Virus record (IMG/VR): IMGVR_UViG_3300044633_001982 | DNA length: 64,000 nt | Direction: 5' to 3' (one strand) | DNA from: a virus | Lineage: Duplodnaviria > Caudoviricetes | In this document: one piece after another, positions 1 through 10,748 of the stretch | How the letters are laid out: each line of letters begins with the position of its first letter | Numbering within the stretch: the stretch's first letter is position 1 | Notes under the pieces: generated by a model | Database searches by the model: none | Seen by the model: only the letters and a program-made list of their open reading frames with translations | Told to the model about the DNA's origin: nothing | Program-made: the position numbers and the translations under genes

Positions 1-1848
1 GGAGAACAAGTTATTTTGGTACCAACTGAAATTCCTGTAACTGACAGAGTTGAGATAAAAATTCCTCAAACAAGTCGAACTACACAAAAACCATATGATA
101 AAATTGCAAAAAAATTCATAAGATATCTTTTGAGTGAATGTGATTATTTTGATATGATTAAAGGTAGTGACCCAATTTTTTACGACAGTTTTAGTCAAAA
201 AATAAAACATTTTCATCCAGCGTTTCACTCAATGACACCTGAAGGATTAAATTCAAGATTAACTTTCTTAAATCAATGCGTTAGACCTGGTGACACAATA
301 CCAACATACGACTCTGACTCTAAAAGTTTTGTTCAAAATGACGCAATAAATACTTCTTTTGGTACTCCACCTGTTTTAGTATTAAGAATTGGTGACTTTT
401 ATAATACTAAAATTATTCCAAATAGTCTTAGTTTTACTTATGAAAATTTAGATATAAACCCTGAAGGTATTGGGGTTCAACCAATGATTGCCAATGTTAC
501 TTTAAATTTTAACATCATAGGTGGAATGGGACTTAAAGAACCTGTTGATAAATTACAAAATGCGCTTTCATTTAATTTTTACGCTAATACTGAAATGTAC
601 GATGATAGGGCTGATGAAACTGAAAATACAGATGCTTTAGATGAGAGTATAATTGCGGCAATTTTTGAGAAAAAACCAATTAACCCAATTATTAATAATG
701 GATTACCACAGACTAATGGAGGTACAACAATTGGTGAAATTCAAAGTAAATTTTATAGTAGTAGTGGAATAACTGGTACTACAAATTATAAAAAAATAAT
801 GAATACTTTGTTAGACCAAACTATTGGTTATTATGAAATTGTCTATAATAGTGTAAATAAAATGATTACTGATTATGGATTTGGCGCGACTCAAATTGCT
901 ACCAAATTTGCCAATTGTTATACTGGTGAAATAAGAAGATTTAGTAGTCCTCAAACAGTTGAAATCGTTGGTAAATACGTAGACTACCAACAAATATTTG
1001 ATGAGTTGTCTGCAAATTTAGTTGATAATATTGACACTAACTATTTGGTTGTTAGTATGGATGACGCGGGATTTAAAAATTCAGATGTTCGTAAATTTAA
1101 AAACAATTTAAAATCTTTTATTGAAGAATGTAAAAATAATACTTTACAAGGGGTTAATGCAATTATTAATGATTTAACTTCTTATCAAGAAAATTATGTA
1201 CAAACCTTTAGAAAATTAAATTATGTTGATTTATTAAATGACGGTTATTTATTACCTGATAACTCTACTGTTGTATATGATATTGATGGGTCGTCTAGTG
1301 ATTTTATAAATCTAAGATTAAACTATGACCAAGTTGGTACTGATTTGACAGATTATTTAAATCAATATAAAAATACTTATGGTTTTTTAAATAATGATTA
1401 TGACACATCAACTTTTGAAATATCTCCTGATTATTTTACTGATACAGATTTACAATTTCAAAAAATGGGTACAATATTTTGGAGTACTTATAAGGCAACA
1501 TCAAATGTTGATGAGATAATTGATAAATTAACTGTTGGGATTAAAGATGTAACTAACCCTCAAAACCTTTACAATTTTGTTAAAGATGAGTTCTTTTATG
1601 TTATGGAACAATATGGAATTGGACAAGAAGAAGTTTTAAGTGCTGTAGAAGGTTTAGGGGTTCTTTATACTGAAGATTATGATAAAGACTCTTACACTCC
1701 ATATAACAAAGATGTTGATGTTATAGTTGATTTTACTGAGACACTAACACCAACAACCCAACAATCAACCGAACTTCAGAATATATATAAAACAGTAAAC
1801 TTAACTGAAGAGTTATTAACCTTTAATGATAAAATAAAATTTATATAA
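1..1848 (+). CDS. Baseplate/tail-tube junction-like structural protein (5'-truncated)
   Basis: Frame is open from base 1 (GGA GAA CAA GTT ATT TTG GTA...), so the true start lies outside the window. The segment FGTPPVLVLRIGDFYNTKIIPNSLSFTYE...QPMIANVTLNF resembles tube-like domains of contractile tails and CIS. It precedes a LysM-type gene and a hub gene. Confidence 0.55.
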   Translation, partial: GEQVILVPTEIPVTDRVEIKIPQTSRTTQKPYDKIAKKFIRYLLSECDYFDMIKGSDPIFYDSFSQKIKHFHPAFHSMTPEGLNSRLTFLNQCVRPGDTIPTYDSDSKSFVQNDAINTSFGTPPVLVLRIGDFYNTKIIPNSLSFTYENLDINPEGIGVQPMIANVTLNFNIIGGMGLKEPVDKLQNALSFNFYANTEMYDDRADETENTDALDESIIAAIFEKKPINPIINNGLPQTNGGTTIGEIQSKFYSSSGITGTTNYKKIMNTLLDQTIGYYEIVYNSVNKMITDYGFGATQIATKFANCYTGEIRRFSSPQTVEIVGKYVDYQQIFDELSANLVDNIDTNYLVVSMDDAGFKNSDVRKFKNNLKSFIEECKNNTLQGVNAIINDLTSYQENYVQTFRKLNYVDLLNDGYLLPDNSTVVYDIDGSSSDFINLRLNYDQVGTDLTDYLNQYKNTYGFLNNDYDTSTFEISPDYFTDTDLQFQKMGTIFWSTYKATSNVDEIIDKLTVGIKDVTNPQNLYNFVKDEFFYVMEQYGIGQEEVLSAVEGLGVLYTEDYDKDSYTPYNKDVDVIVDFTETLTPTTQQSTELQNIYKTVNLTEELLTFNDKIKFI

Positions 1849-1849
1849 C

Positions 1850-2173
1850 ATGGCTCTTCAATATTACAATAGATATAAAGGTTTTTTAATTAATGGGACA
1901 CAAAATATTGTGCCTTTTGTTAGATTAACTTCTAAATCAACTGATAAAAGATACATTTACAGGTCAAGCAGAACAAGACTTGATAAAGTTTCTCAACAAA
2001 TTTATGGGACACCTTATTTTGGTTGGTTAATATTACAAGCAAATCCTCAGTTTGGTGGTTTAGAAAATAATATACCTGATGGATATTCATTAAGGGTACC
2101 ATTTCCTTTGGATTCAAGTTTATTAGATTATAAAAATCAGTTAGATAATTATTTTTTCTATTATGGCAGATAA
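1850..2173 (+). CDS. LysM-like baseplate wedge protein (T4 gp53 / P2 gpX type)
   Basis: RTRLDKVSQQIYGTPYFGWLILQANP...IPDGYSLRVP is a LysM-like signature; 107 aa; sits between tube-like and hub genes. Confidence 0.7.
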   Translation: MALQYYNRYKGFLINGTQNIVPFVRLTSKSTDKRYIYRSSRTRLDKVSQQIYGTPYFGWLILQANPQFGGLENNIPDGYSLRVPFPLDSSLLDYKNQLDNYFFYYGR

Positions 2174-5100
2174 ACCAATCTACGTCGAATTCGATTACGA
2201 GAATATTTTTTTAGTTGACCCAAATTCTGTTACATCTGATGAAGGTGGAAGGGAAGATAGGTACGTTAAACAGGAGTCATTAATAATGTACGCCAATTTG
2301 GAATGTAAATTAAGTCCAAGAAGTAAATTAACTTATGGGGTTGCAAACGGACAAGTTGGGTCTGAAACTGTTACAATAGGTAAAATTAATTTTTTAAAAC
2401 CAAATAATAAAGATTTTTTAGAAAACAATTATATAGGTGAACTTTTAGGTACAGATGAAAAAGTTAACGCGGCTAGAAGTAAAAATTACGCTCAACAATC
2501 AAGAGAATTTTTTAATTTTGATGACAACATAACCAATAATAACAGTATTGTTGATAATGGTTTTTTAGGTATAACAAACATACAAGTAAGAACTAATTCT
2601 GCGTTTGTACCTACAGTAACAATTACTTTGGTTGATGTTAGGGGTAGGGCTATGTTTGAGCAAGGTAACAATTCACCTTACGCTGCATTTTTCTCATTAC
2701 CGTATCCAATATTTTATCTAACACTTAAAGGTTATTACGGTAAGGCGGTACAATATCCTTTATTATTACAAAAATTTAATTCATCGTATGACTCATCTTC
2801 AGGTAATTTCATTGTATCTTTAACATTCATAACTTACAAGTATGGTCCGTTTGGTGACATAACCATGGGTGAAATAATGGCATTACCCCACATGTACACT
2901 ACAAAATTTACTACAACAAGTCAAACAAACACCTCAAATTCAAGTGATAGTCGAGTTGTTGAAACCCAAACTTCCCAACGAGGATACCAAAGGTTGGTGG
3001 AATTGTATGACAAATATAGGAATAGTGACCCACCATTAATTACAGATTTACCAAATATTACTATACAGGAGTTAATGTATAAATTAGATAAATTTGTACA
3101 AGACATATTAAATAACTCAGGTAAAGTAGATTTACAACCACTTACAAATTGTGACTTGTTTTTAACAAATTTAGAAAAATTCCAAGGGGATGTTTATTTT
3201 TATAGGGGTGAATCTTGGTTCGATAAGTACATTAATACTATAAATTTTTATATATCTAAAACAGATGGAAAAAAATATTATACGTTTAAAGAAGATAAAG
3301 AACTTAACCAACAAACTAAAATTGATTCTATTGCGGAATTAAAAAAAATCATAGTTCAATATAATGACTCATTGGCAAAATGTAATATTGGATTAACCTC
3401 TGATGTCGATATATCAAATTTTTTAGTTTCATTATCACCTGACGAGGTTGACCCGGTTGCAACTTATAAGGCAAGAAACAATAAAGCACCAACTCCCGAT
3501 GAATTATCAGGTTTTACACAATCCTTAAATCAATTAGTTAAAGGTGCGGTAACAATAAACAGTGATGGCACAAATTTTCAAACTAATCAATTTTTTATTT
3601 TTGAAGGAGTGCCGAATGACGAAACGTTTATTACGAAAACAAGTAATCTAAAAAAACGAGCAATTGAGATTAGAGAAGAAAATGAAAAAAAATTTTCAGA
3701 ACAACTTGTAAAAATTTTAGAAAACCCGCAAACAGGTATTGGGTTTAAACCAACAATAAGAAATATAATCTCAATATTTGTTGTGTCAGTTGAAGCGTTT
3801 TATTCATTGCTTGATGATGTACACACAAAGGCTTATGACAAACGATATGACAAGGCTAGAAAATCTGAGTTTACCGAGAATGATTATAATTGTTTAGAAA
3901 CATCTCAAACAATTGAAGAGGCAGTAGTATATCCTTGGCCACTCTTTACTGTTAAAAAAAATAACACATCAGGAGATACAAGTTATGAAATTGCCTATCC
4001 TGGTGATAGAAAATATCAAAACGTAGTTAAATCTTATGATTATAGTGTTTGGCCTGAAGTAGAGTTTGTCGAAGAGTTTTCAAACGCTTTTGCTCAAAGA
4101 GAGTCGGTACCAAATCCATATACTACAAACCGAAATGAAAACAAAGATGTTTATAGATTATCTTTGTCTACTTTTGACGCACCGATTAAAAACATCATTT
4201 TTTCAAATAAAGAAATTACAAAATTTTTATACGAAATAATTGAGAGGATTATTTTGAATACAAATTATCAAGGGTTACAAAGAGATACTGCGAAAAAAAC
4301 ACAAATTATAAATTTTATTTCAGATGCTATAAGTAAAAGTATTAAAGAAAGTATAGGTACTGGTAGTCCTGACTTGTTAAATCTTTTTTCAAATTATAAA
4401 ATAGACGTTGCGTCTTTTAATGAATTTTTAAAAACAATATCAAATAATGGTAATGGTGAATCTTATAACAAATATATTAGAGATTATTTTGTCACACAAG
4501 AAATTGACAAAATAATACAAACCCCGACAATAATTTATAAAGATTTTTTAACAGAATTTCCAAAACCTAACCTAGACTTTAAAAATGTTGAACAACTTTT
4601 TGGAATTTATACAGGTACGACAAGTAATACTTACTATTTTTTTGATACATTACCTTATATAAGTGATAATTGGTTAACTTCAAATGTTACAAACGGTAAA
4701 ACAATTACAAATTATGAGTTGTTTAACAACACGACCAAATCAATAATGTTTAACCCATACTATAAAACTACAACAAATTTTGATTCATTTACAAATGTTG
4801 ATGTAAATCGACCAGTTACTAATTTTAATGTAAGAGCTTCACAACAAATTAATACAAACAATTTTTCAAATGAATTTTATACTAATCTTCTAACTGACAA
4901 TACCCAACTTTTAACGACTGTTGGTAGTGTTTACTATAGTAGTTATAATAATTTAATGACACAAGCTCAGTGTACTTCAATTTTCAACACTCCGTTTTTT
5001 GTGAATGCTATACAAAATGGTGTTAATAATGAAAAATCAGGAGCTCCGTATCCGTATACTGAGGCGGCTTATTTGTTGTTAAATAGTTTACCATTAGCAA

Positions 5101-8100
5101 CTTTGAGTCAAAGATTTAAAGACTATCAACCAAATAATGGTAATAGTACTCCAAATAAAAATTTTACAGAATTAGATTACATTGCATCAACATTTAGAAA
5201 ATTTGGGGCTCTTCACAAATTACCATATGCATGGATTTTAAAATATGGTTCTATATGGTATAGATATAAAAACTATATAAATAACAATATTGATATTTTA
5301 GATAAATGTTGGGTACCATTTAATTATCAAACAAATTACGACCCAATTAATTCGGATATTTCAAGAAATTATCAAATCACATCAACAACTACAAATTTTG
5401 ATATAACTTTAAAAAAAGTTGATACAACTTCAATACCTAATATTACATATGAAGATGTCTCTGTTGGGTTTTATCCTAAAGTAATTAATGACTTTAATTA
5501 CTTTTATAATGGTTTTGATTTAGTTACCCAATACTCAACAGTAAGTCAATCTTTTTCTTATTATAGAAATGATGGTACATTAAAGATATTATCACCAATA
5601 TCTACAAAAATAAGTAGTAGTGAGAGTACATATGACCCGGCATTGTATTTAACAATTTCTAACTATTCTTGTCTATTAAAAAACACTTTAAAAAGTGATG
5701 GAACATTCTACGTAACTCCATCTTTTGGTTCACCAGTAAATCAATTATTTTATGAATTTTTTAATTCACAAACAAACGATTTACAAAAAAATTATGATGT
5801 GCCAGGAACTTATAATGGGTCTATTAGATTAGATTGGTCAAATCCACATTTTGGATATTTTGACCCTACTAATATGGTTAAACCAAGTTATAATGAGTAT
5901 CTATGTAAGATAAATTCAGAAACGGATAATCAACAAGAATTTACTTTCTTACATCAAAATGGGTATTCAAAAATTGAAGATATATTTGGGGTTTTTACAA
6001 AAGAAGAATTGGACATATTTGAAAAAGAATTTTTAAATTTTTCTAAATCTGAAAAAAATTATAATGAGGAAACTGCAAACAAAAATATGATATCGGAATA
6101 CAACAATTTCCAAATGTTGTATAAAATAATTAATAAGGTAAATTCGGTTAGTGGATTAGATGATTTAAACATTATTAAAAATGTCCAACAAGCTCAATTT
6201 TCTAATAAAAACCAAACTATTTCACAATTTTTAAATAAAGATGTGGTATTAAAAAGGGCAAATCCTTACGACTATAATAGAAAAACTTTTCTTTCATTTT
6301 TAAGTGCGGTTATAAATACAGAACAATTTACAGTTGACCCAATAAATTTTGGTTCATATCAGGTATCAACACCTAACGCGGTACCAATACCTAATAATAA
6401 CGTAACAACATCGTCTTCTAAAATTGCATATCCAAACGAGTGGAAAACACTCCAAGAATATGTTGGATTCTCAACTTTTGAAGGAATTAATTACGCAGAA
6501 TCTGGAAGTACAATAACAGACTTCTTTCCTGTTTTTGATATACCGTTTACGTCTAATAATATAATTTTGTTATCTCCAATAATAAAATTATATTCTTCTT
6601 ACAAATATAAAAATCCAAATGATAATAGAGAAGAATTTTTAATTGAACTATTAGCTGATTACTTTGAAAAAGTAGATTTAACTAATAATGTTTTAAATAA
6701 TACATTATTAATATTACAAAAAGAATTACCTAAAATACAAATAGAAAGTATCAAAACTAATTCAACTAACGTAATTGGGGAAGATTTAAAAGTTGAATAC
6801 TATGACATGTTTAAAGTATTGAACGATAAATGGGTTTCAGGAAATAATTTTTCAGAAGATACATTTTTAGAATCATTTTTATTTTTAGATAAAGCCAGTA
6901 GGGATATTGGGGACGATGTTTTAGTTGATATTTTTAAAGTTAAAACTAAAATTTCAAATGTTGACCCTGCAACTTCTGTATATACAGTTATTGCTGAAAT
7001 TCTTAAAGACCACCATTTTGTTACATTTACAATGCCTTCATACATCAATTTCTATAATAGAAGAAATAATGAAGGCCCCCAAGAAATGGCTCAATTAATG
7101 TTTGGTACTTATTCTGAAGTAGATTATTCTGAGACATCGACTAAGTTTGTAAATATATTATCAACTGACCCATCAACTAATACTTTAGTTGAAAGTAAAC
7201 ATAATGGATATTGTGATGATGGTTTTGAATTAGGTAGGGCTCAAAACAACCCTAATGTGAGATTAAACACATCAACAGATGAAAAGTCAAATAAAGTGGT
7301 AGGTTTTGCTGTTGATTTTGGACTACAAAGACAACAGATGTTTCATAATTTAAATTTGGCTCAAGATGTTGGTAAATCAACATCTGAATCATTATTAATG
7401 GAATATAATTTGGCTCAGTTAACATCTGGTAAAAAGTCACAAACTCAGAATGTTAGTCTTTTTAATCTGTATAAAAATAGAAGTTATTCTTGTACAGTTC
7501 AATCTATGGGTAACGCAACCATACAACCAACAATGTATTTTACATTAAGAAATGTACCGATGTTTAACGGACCGTACCTAATATTAGAAGTTAACCATTC
7601 TATTTCCCCTGGCTCATTTGAAACCACTTTCCAAGGGGTGAGACAAAAAATATTTACATTAAAACAAAGTGAAAACTTTTTAGCGTCTATCAAAATGGAA
7701 TTAGGTAAAAATTTCTATTCTGAAATTAAACGACAAAAAGAACAATTGAGTAAATCTGCAACTACAGTTACTCAACAAAATACTGAAACGACAAATTCAA
7801 TAAATGAGACTCCTGTAAATAAAAATAATGAAAATTGTCAACCAAACGTGGCGTATAATGATTTCATTAAAATTACTGGTGAATCAAAGACATTATCATA
7901 TTCACGAGTAATTGAGGAGGTTCAATTTATTGTTGGAGACGATTTACAAAAAAGAGCGGCATTATTTACCTTAATTTATATATCTAATGACTCAAATGGA
8001 AATATAAAATTATTCAATAATAATTTAACTAATGTTAATTTAAAACGAAAATGGGCTGGTGACCTACCAAGTAAATTTAATAAAGAATACACATGTTTAA

Positions 8101-8825
8101 ACTTTGGTACTGAATTAATACCAATTGTTAAATTCCCAAATATTACTTATAATTTGGAATTCATGAATCTTTATTTAAAAAATTTCTACCCTGATTTAAA
8201 TTTTGCTACAGATATTACTATAGTTGAAGAACTAACTAAATTTTATATTAAATATTGGTCATTACAATCAAAACAGGAAGATGCTTATTATGATGAATAT
8301 ATAAGTAAAAATGCTAGCGAGTACGCTGCCATTTTGGAAAAAGTTAAAAAGGCTTATGTTATTTTAAACCCTGTTAATTTGAACCCAGCCCCAACAGGGG
8401 ATACTCAAACAAGTACTGGTACAACACTAACTAATAACACACAAACACCGCCTTTAACTTCCGATTATCAATATACAATATCTAACCCACCAATGTTTGA
8501 AGAATTTACAGTTAGTGTTAATCCTAGTGTTGATGGGTTAAGAAATATATTCTTAGTTGAATATGGGTACAATATTACTGCAAGTTGTGCTGAAGGGTCG
8601 GCGACTGGACAACAGTTCTCAAATAATTATATTTCTTCAAATGGACAAACAGTTACAATAACTGCTGAAGATTTGTTAGAAGAAGTAGACTGTACTGGTT
8701 CAGGTTCTAGTGGAGTTTATGAATTCCAAATTACAATTTTTACAAAACCTGTTTTATCTAATGGTCAAATAGATACTACAAGGTCAGATTATTATAAATC
8801 ATATCCTATTACTATGACATTTTAA
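2163..8825 (+). CDS. Very large baseplate hub protein (gp27/gpD/VgrG-like ends) with a long insertion
   Basis: N-terminal GITNIQVRTNSAFVPTVTITLVDVRG and late RSYSCTVQSMGNATIQPTMYFTL...GPYLILEVNHSISPGSFETTFQGVR match the late-control-D/hub pattern; 2220 aa. Confidence 0.6.
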   Translation: MADKPIYVEFDYENIFLVDPNSVTSDEGGREDRYVKQESLIMYANLECKLSPRSKLTYGVANGQVGSETVTIGKINFLKPNNKDFLENNYIGELLGTDEKVNAARSKNYAQQSREFFNFDDNITNNNSIVDNGFLGITNIQVRTNSAFVPTVTITLVDVRGRAMFEQGNNSPYAAFFSLPYPIFYLTLKGYYGKAVQYPLLLQKFNSSYDSSSGNFIVSLTFITYKYGPFGDITMGEIMALPHMYTTKFTTTSQTNTSNSSDSRVVETQTSQRGYQRLVELYDKYRNSDPPLITDLPNITIQELMYKLDKFVQDILNNSGKVDLQPLTNCDLFLTNLEKFQGDVYFYRGESWFDKYINTINFYISKTDGKKYYTFKEDKELNQQTKIDSIAELKKIIVQYNDSLAKCNIGLTSDVDISNFLVSLSPDEVDPVATYKARNNKAPTPDELSGFTQSLNQLVKGAVTINSDGTNFQTNQFFIFEGVPNDETFITKTSNLKKRAIEIREENEKKFSEQLVKILENPQTGIGFKPTIRNIISIFVVSVEAFYSLLDDVHTKAYDKRYDKARKSEFTENDYNCLETSQTIEEAVVYPWPLFTVKKNNTSGDTSYEIAYPGDRKYQNVVKSYDYSVWPEVEFVEEFSNAFAQRESVPNPYTTNRNENKDVYRLSLSTFDAPIKNIIFSNKEITKFLYEIIERIILNTNYQGLQRDTAKKTQIINFISDAISKSIKESIGTGSPDLLNLFSNYKIDVASFNEFLKTISNNGNGESYNKYIRDYFVTQEIDKIIQTPTIIYKDFLTEFPKPNLDFKNVEQLFGIYTGTTSNTYYFFDTLPYISDNWLTSNVTNGKTITNYELFNNTTKSIMFNPYYKTTTNFDSFTNVDVNRPVTNFNVRASQQINTNNFSNEFYTNLLTDNTQLLTTVGSVYYSSYNNLMTQAQCTSIFNTPFFVNAIQNGVNNEKSGAPYPYTEAAYLLLNSLPLATLSQRFKDYQPNNGNSTPNKNFTELDYIASTFRKFGALHKLPYAWILKYGSIWYRYKNYINNNIDILDKCWVPFNYQTNYDPINSDISRNYQITSTTTNFDITLKKVDTTSIPNITYEDVSVGFYPKVINDFNYFYNGFDLVTQYSTVSQSFSYYRNDGTLKILSPISTKISSSESTYDPALYLTISNYSCLLKNTLKSDGTFYVTPSFGSPVNQLFYEFFNSQTNDLQKNYDVPGTYNGSIRLDWSNPHFGYFDPTNMVKPSYNEYLCKINSETDNQQEFTFLHQNGYSKIEDIFGVFTKEELDIFEKEFLNFSKSEKNYNEETANKNMISEYNNFQMLYKIINKVNSVSGLDDLNIIKNVQQAQFSNKNQTISQFLNKDVVLKRANPYDYNRKTFLSFLSAVINTEQFTVDPINFGSYQVSTPNAVPIPNNNVTTSSSKIAYPNEWKTLQEYVGFSTFEGINYAESGSTITDFFPVFDIPFTSNNIILLSPIIKLYSSYKYKNPNDNREEFLIELLADYFEKVDLTNNVLNNTLLILQKELPKIQIESIKTNSTNVIGEDLKVEYYDMFKVLNDKWVSGNNFSEDTFLESFLFLDKASRDIGDDVLVDIFKVKTKISNVDPATSVYTVIAEILKDHHFVTFTMPSYINFYNRRNNEGPQEMAQLMFGTYSEVDYSETSTKFVNILSTDPSTNTLVESKHNGYCDDGFELGRAQNNPNVRLNTSTDEKSNKVVGFAVDFGLQRQQMFHNLNLAQDVGKSTSESLLMEYNLAQLTSGKKSQTQNVSLFNLYKNRSYSCTVQSMGNATIQPTMYFTLRNVPMFNGPYLILEVNHSISPGSFETTFQGVRQKIFTLKQSENFLASIKMELGKNFYSEIKRQKEQLSKSATTVTQQNTETTNSINETPVNKNNENCQPNVAYNDFIKITGESKTLSYSRVIEEVQFIVGDDLQKRAALFTLIYISNDSNGNIKLFNNNLTNVNLKRKWAGDLPSKFNKEYTCLNFGTELIPIVKFPNITYNLEFMNLYLKNFYPDLNFATDITIVEELTKFYIKYWSLQSKQEDAYYDEYISKNASEYAAILEKVKKAYVILNPVNLNPAPTGDTQTSTGTTLTNNTQTPPLTSDYQYTISNPPMFEEFTVSVNPSVDGLRNIFLVEYGYNITASCAEGSATGQQFSNNYISSNGQTVTITAEDLLEEVDCTGSGSSGVYEFQITIFTKPVLSNGQIDTTRSDYYKSYPITMTF

Positions 8826-8835
8826 TTTATTAGTA

Positions 8836-8843
8836 TATTTATA
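8836..8843 (+). promoter_or_regulatory. Candidate late-promoter element TATTTATA
   Basis: 12 nt upstream of ATG 8856; the same core recurs before several structural genes. Confidence 0.5.
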
Positions 8844-8855
8844 TAAAAAATAATT

Positions 8856-9080
8856 ATGAATACTAAAGAAGCTTTAGATAGATACCTTGGTAAGAACACA
8901 AGAATAACTGAAACCGATAAGGGTAATGGTTATAAAGAAGTTTGTGACTTAGATACTGGAGATTGTTACACAATTAGAATGAAAGACGGTTTAATTGAAA
9001 GAGTTAACAATACAATGACAATTAATAAAAAAATCAATGTTGAAACAACACAGGGATATAAACAACTTTTAAATGGGTAA
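8856..9080 (+). CDS. Hypothetical protein (74 aa)
   Basis: Clean ORF with an A-rich leader, overlapping the next start; contains VCDLDTGDC; no family recognised. Confidence 0.7.
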   Translation: MNTKEALDRYLGKNTRITETDKGNGYKEVCDLDTGDCYTIRMKDGLIERVNNTMTINKKINVETTQGYKQLLNG

Positions 9081-9756
9081 GGAAATGGATTTATCTAAAA
9101 AATTATTAGAGGAATTAAAAAAACATAATAAAATCAACAATTATATTTTTGAACAAGACGCTCCACCACCACCTGATGATTTAGCCCTTGGAACACCTCC
9201 TCCATCGCCTGAAGCAGGAGCACTACCTGCGGCACCTGAAGCAGGGGCACCCCCTGCGGCACCCGCCGCTGAACCATCAGCACCTGTTGATGTGGAAAAT
9301 GACCCTGACGTTGAAAAAATCGGTGATGAAAAATCAGAAGATTCAGAAACTGAAGAATTGGATGTTACAGAACTTGTAACGTCACAAAAAAATATGGAGG
9401 AAAAACAAAATGAATTCTTTCAAAATCTTTTTTCACAAATACAAAATCTTGAAAGTAAATTATCTGAAATGGATAAAATTATGGATAAGATAAATACTAT
9501 TGAAACTAAGATTGAAAAATATCGTGAAAAAACTCCGCAAGAAAAATTAGAATTAAGAAGTTTAGATTCAGGACCTTTTAATCAAAAATTGACACAATTT
9601 TTTGATGATAAACTACAGGATATTGAACAATCAGGTAAAAACGAATATGTGATTACACCTGATGATGTTGAAAACTATTCACAAGCTGAAATAAAAAACA
9701 GTTTTAATAATTTGGATAGTGAGGATAGTGATACTAATACTTTCACTTATAGATAA
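9073..9756 (+). CDS. Acidic Pro/Ala-rich coiled-coil protein, possible head-internal or scaffold-like late protein
   Basis: N-terminal KKLLEELKKHNKINNYIFEQ, a Pro/Ala/Glu low-complexity tract, then a heptad-rich helix. The start may be the ATG at 9085. Confidence 0.65.
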   Translation: MGKEMDLSKKLLEELKKHNKINNYIFEQDAPPPPDDLALGTPPPSPEAGALPAAPEAGAPPAAPAAEPSAPVDVENDPDVEKIGDEKSEDSETEELDVTELVTSQKNMEEKQNEFFQNLFSQIQNLESKLSEMDKIMDKINTIETKIEKYREKTPQEKLELRSLDSGPFNQKLTQFFDDKLQDIEQSGKNEYVITPDDVENYSQAEIKNSFNNLDSEDSDTNTFTYR

Positions 9757-9763
9757 TTTTTGT

Positions 9764-9794
9764 TTGACTATTACGGCTGACACACTTATACTTG
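9764..9794 (+). promoter_or_regulatory. Early/middle promoter TTGACT-N17-TATACT(TG)
   Basis: TTGACT at 9764-9769 and TATACT at 9787-9792 with a 17-nt spacer, upstream of the SSB gene. Confidence 0.65.
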
Positions 9795-9821
9795 TTTATT
9801 AACTAATAATTTATATATATC

Positions 9822-10667
9822 ATGGCGACAAATTCACTAGATGCTGTACTCGCTCAGTATGAAAAAGCGAAAGGTGGCTCAAACGGAGCTAACAAAATGT
9901 CTCAAGAAGACAGAATGAAAAAGTATTTTGCAGCAATTCTAACGCAAAATGAAACATCGGGACAAAAACGTCTTCGTATTTTACCAACTCCTGACGGTTC
10001 ATCACCTTTTAAAGAGGTGTGGTACCACGAAGTACAAGTTGAGGGTAAATGGAATAAAATCTATGACCCAGGTAAAAACGACAACGAGCGTTCACCTTTG
10101 ACTGAAATTCACGACGAATTAATGTCAACAGGTAAAGAGTCCGATAAGGAACTTGCTAAATCTTACAAACCACGTAAATTCTACATCGTTAAGGTTATTG
10201 ACCGTGATAACGAAGCGGATGGAGTTAAGTTTTGGAGATTTAAACACAATTACAAGAACGAAGGTATTCTTGACAAAATCATCCCAATTTGGAAAGCTAA
10301 AGGTGATATTACTGACCCTGTTAATGGTCGTGATTTGATTATCGAGTTGGCAAAGGCTAAGACTCCAAAAGGAGCGACCTATACAGTTATCCAAACTGTA
10401 ATGCACGATGACCCATCTCCTGTTCACACAGACGCGGAAACTGCTAAAACTTGGACTGAAGACCCACTTACTTGGGCCGATGTTTACTCTAAAAAACCTG
10501 TTGAATATTTGGAAGCGATTGCTCGTGGAGAAACTCCAAGATGGTCATCTGATTTAGGTAAATATGTTTATGGAGACGCGGCATCTGAAATGAGTGTTGG
10601 TGGTGGAAACATGTCAATTGTTGACCCACAAGCAGGTGACGAACCTGATGGTGATTTACCATTCTAA
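9822..10667 (+). CDS. Single-stranded DNA-binding protein, T4 gp32-like
   Basis: RLRILP...PFKEVWYH, KPRKFYIVKVIDRD, DITDPVNGRDLII, acidic tail ending DEPDGDLPF; first gene of the replication module. Confidence 0.85.
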   Translation: MATNSLDAVLAQYEKAKGGSNGANKMSQEDRMKKYFAAILTQNETSGQKRLRILPTPDGSSPFKEVWYHEVQVEGKWNKIYDPGKNDNERSPLTEIHDELMSTGKESDKELAKSYKPRKFYIVKVIDRDNEADGVKFWRFKHNYKNEGILDKIIPIWKAKGDITDPVNGRDLIIELAKAKTPKGATYTVIQTVMHDDPSPVHTDAETAKTWTEDPLTWADVYSKKPVEYLEAIARGETPRWSSDLGKYVYGDAASEMSVGGGNMSIVDPQAGDEPDGDLPF

Positions 10668-10674
10668 TTTATAC

Positions 10675-10713
10675 GGATGGACACTAGCATAGTCAAAGTG
10701 TCCATCCTTTTTT
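10675..10713 (+). terminator. Intrinsic terminator after SSB
   Basis: 11-bp stem GGATGGACACT/AGTGTCCATCC, 11-nt loop, followed by a T-tract. Confidence 0.8.
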
Positions 10714-10748
10714 ATTTTTATACTAACAATTTAAACACATAGACATTT

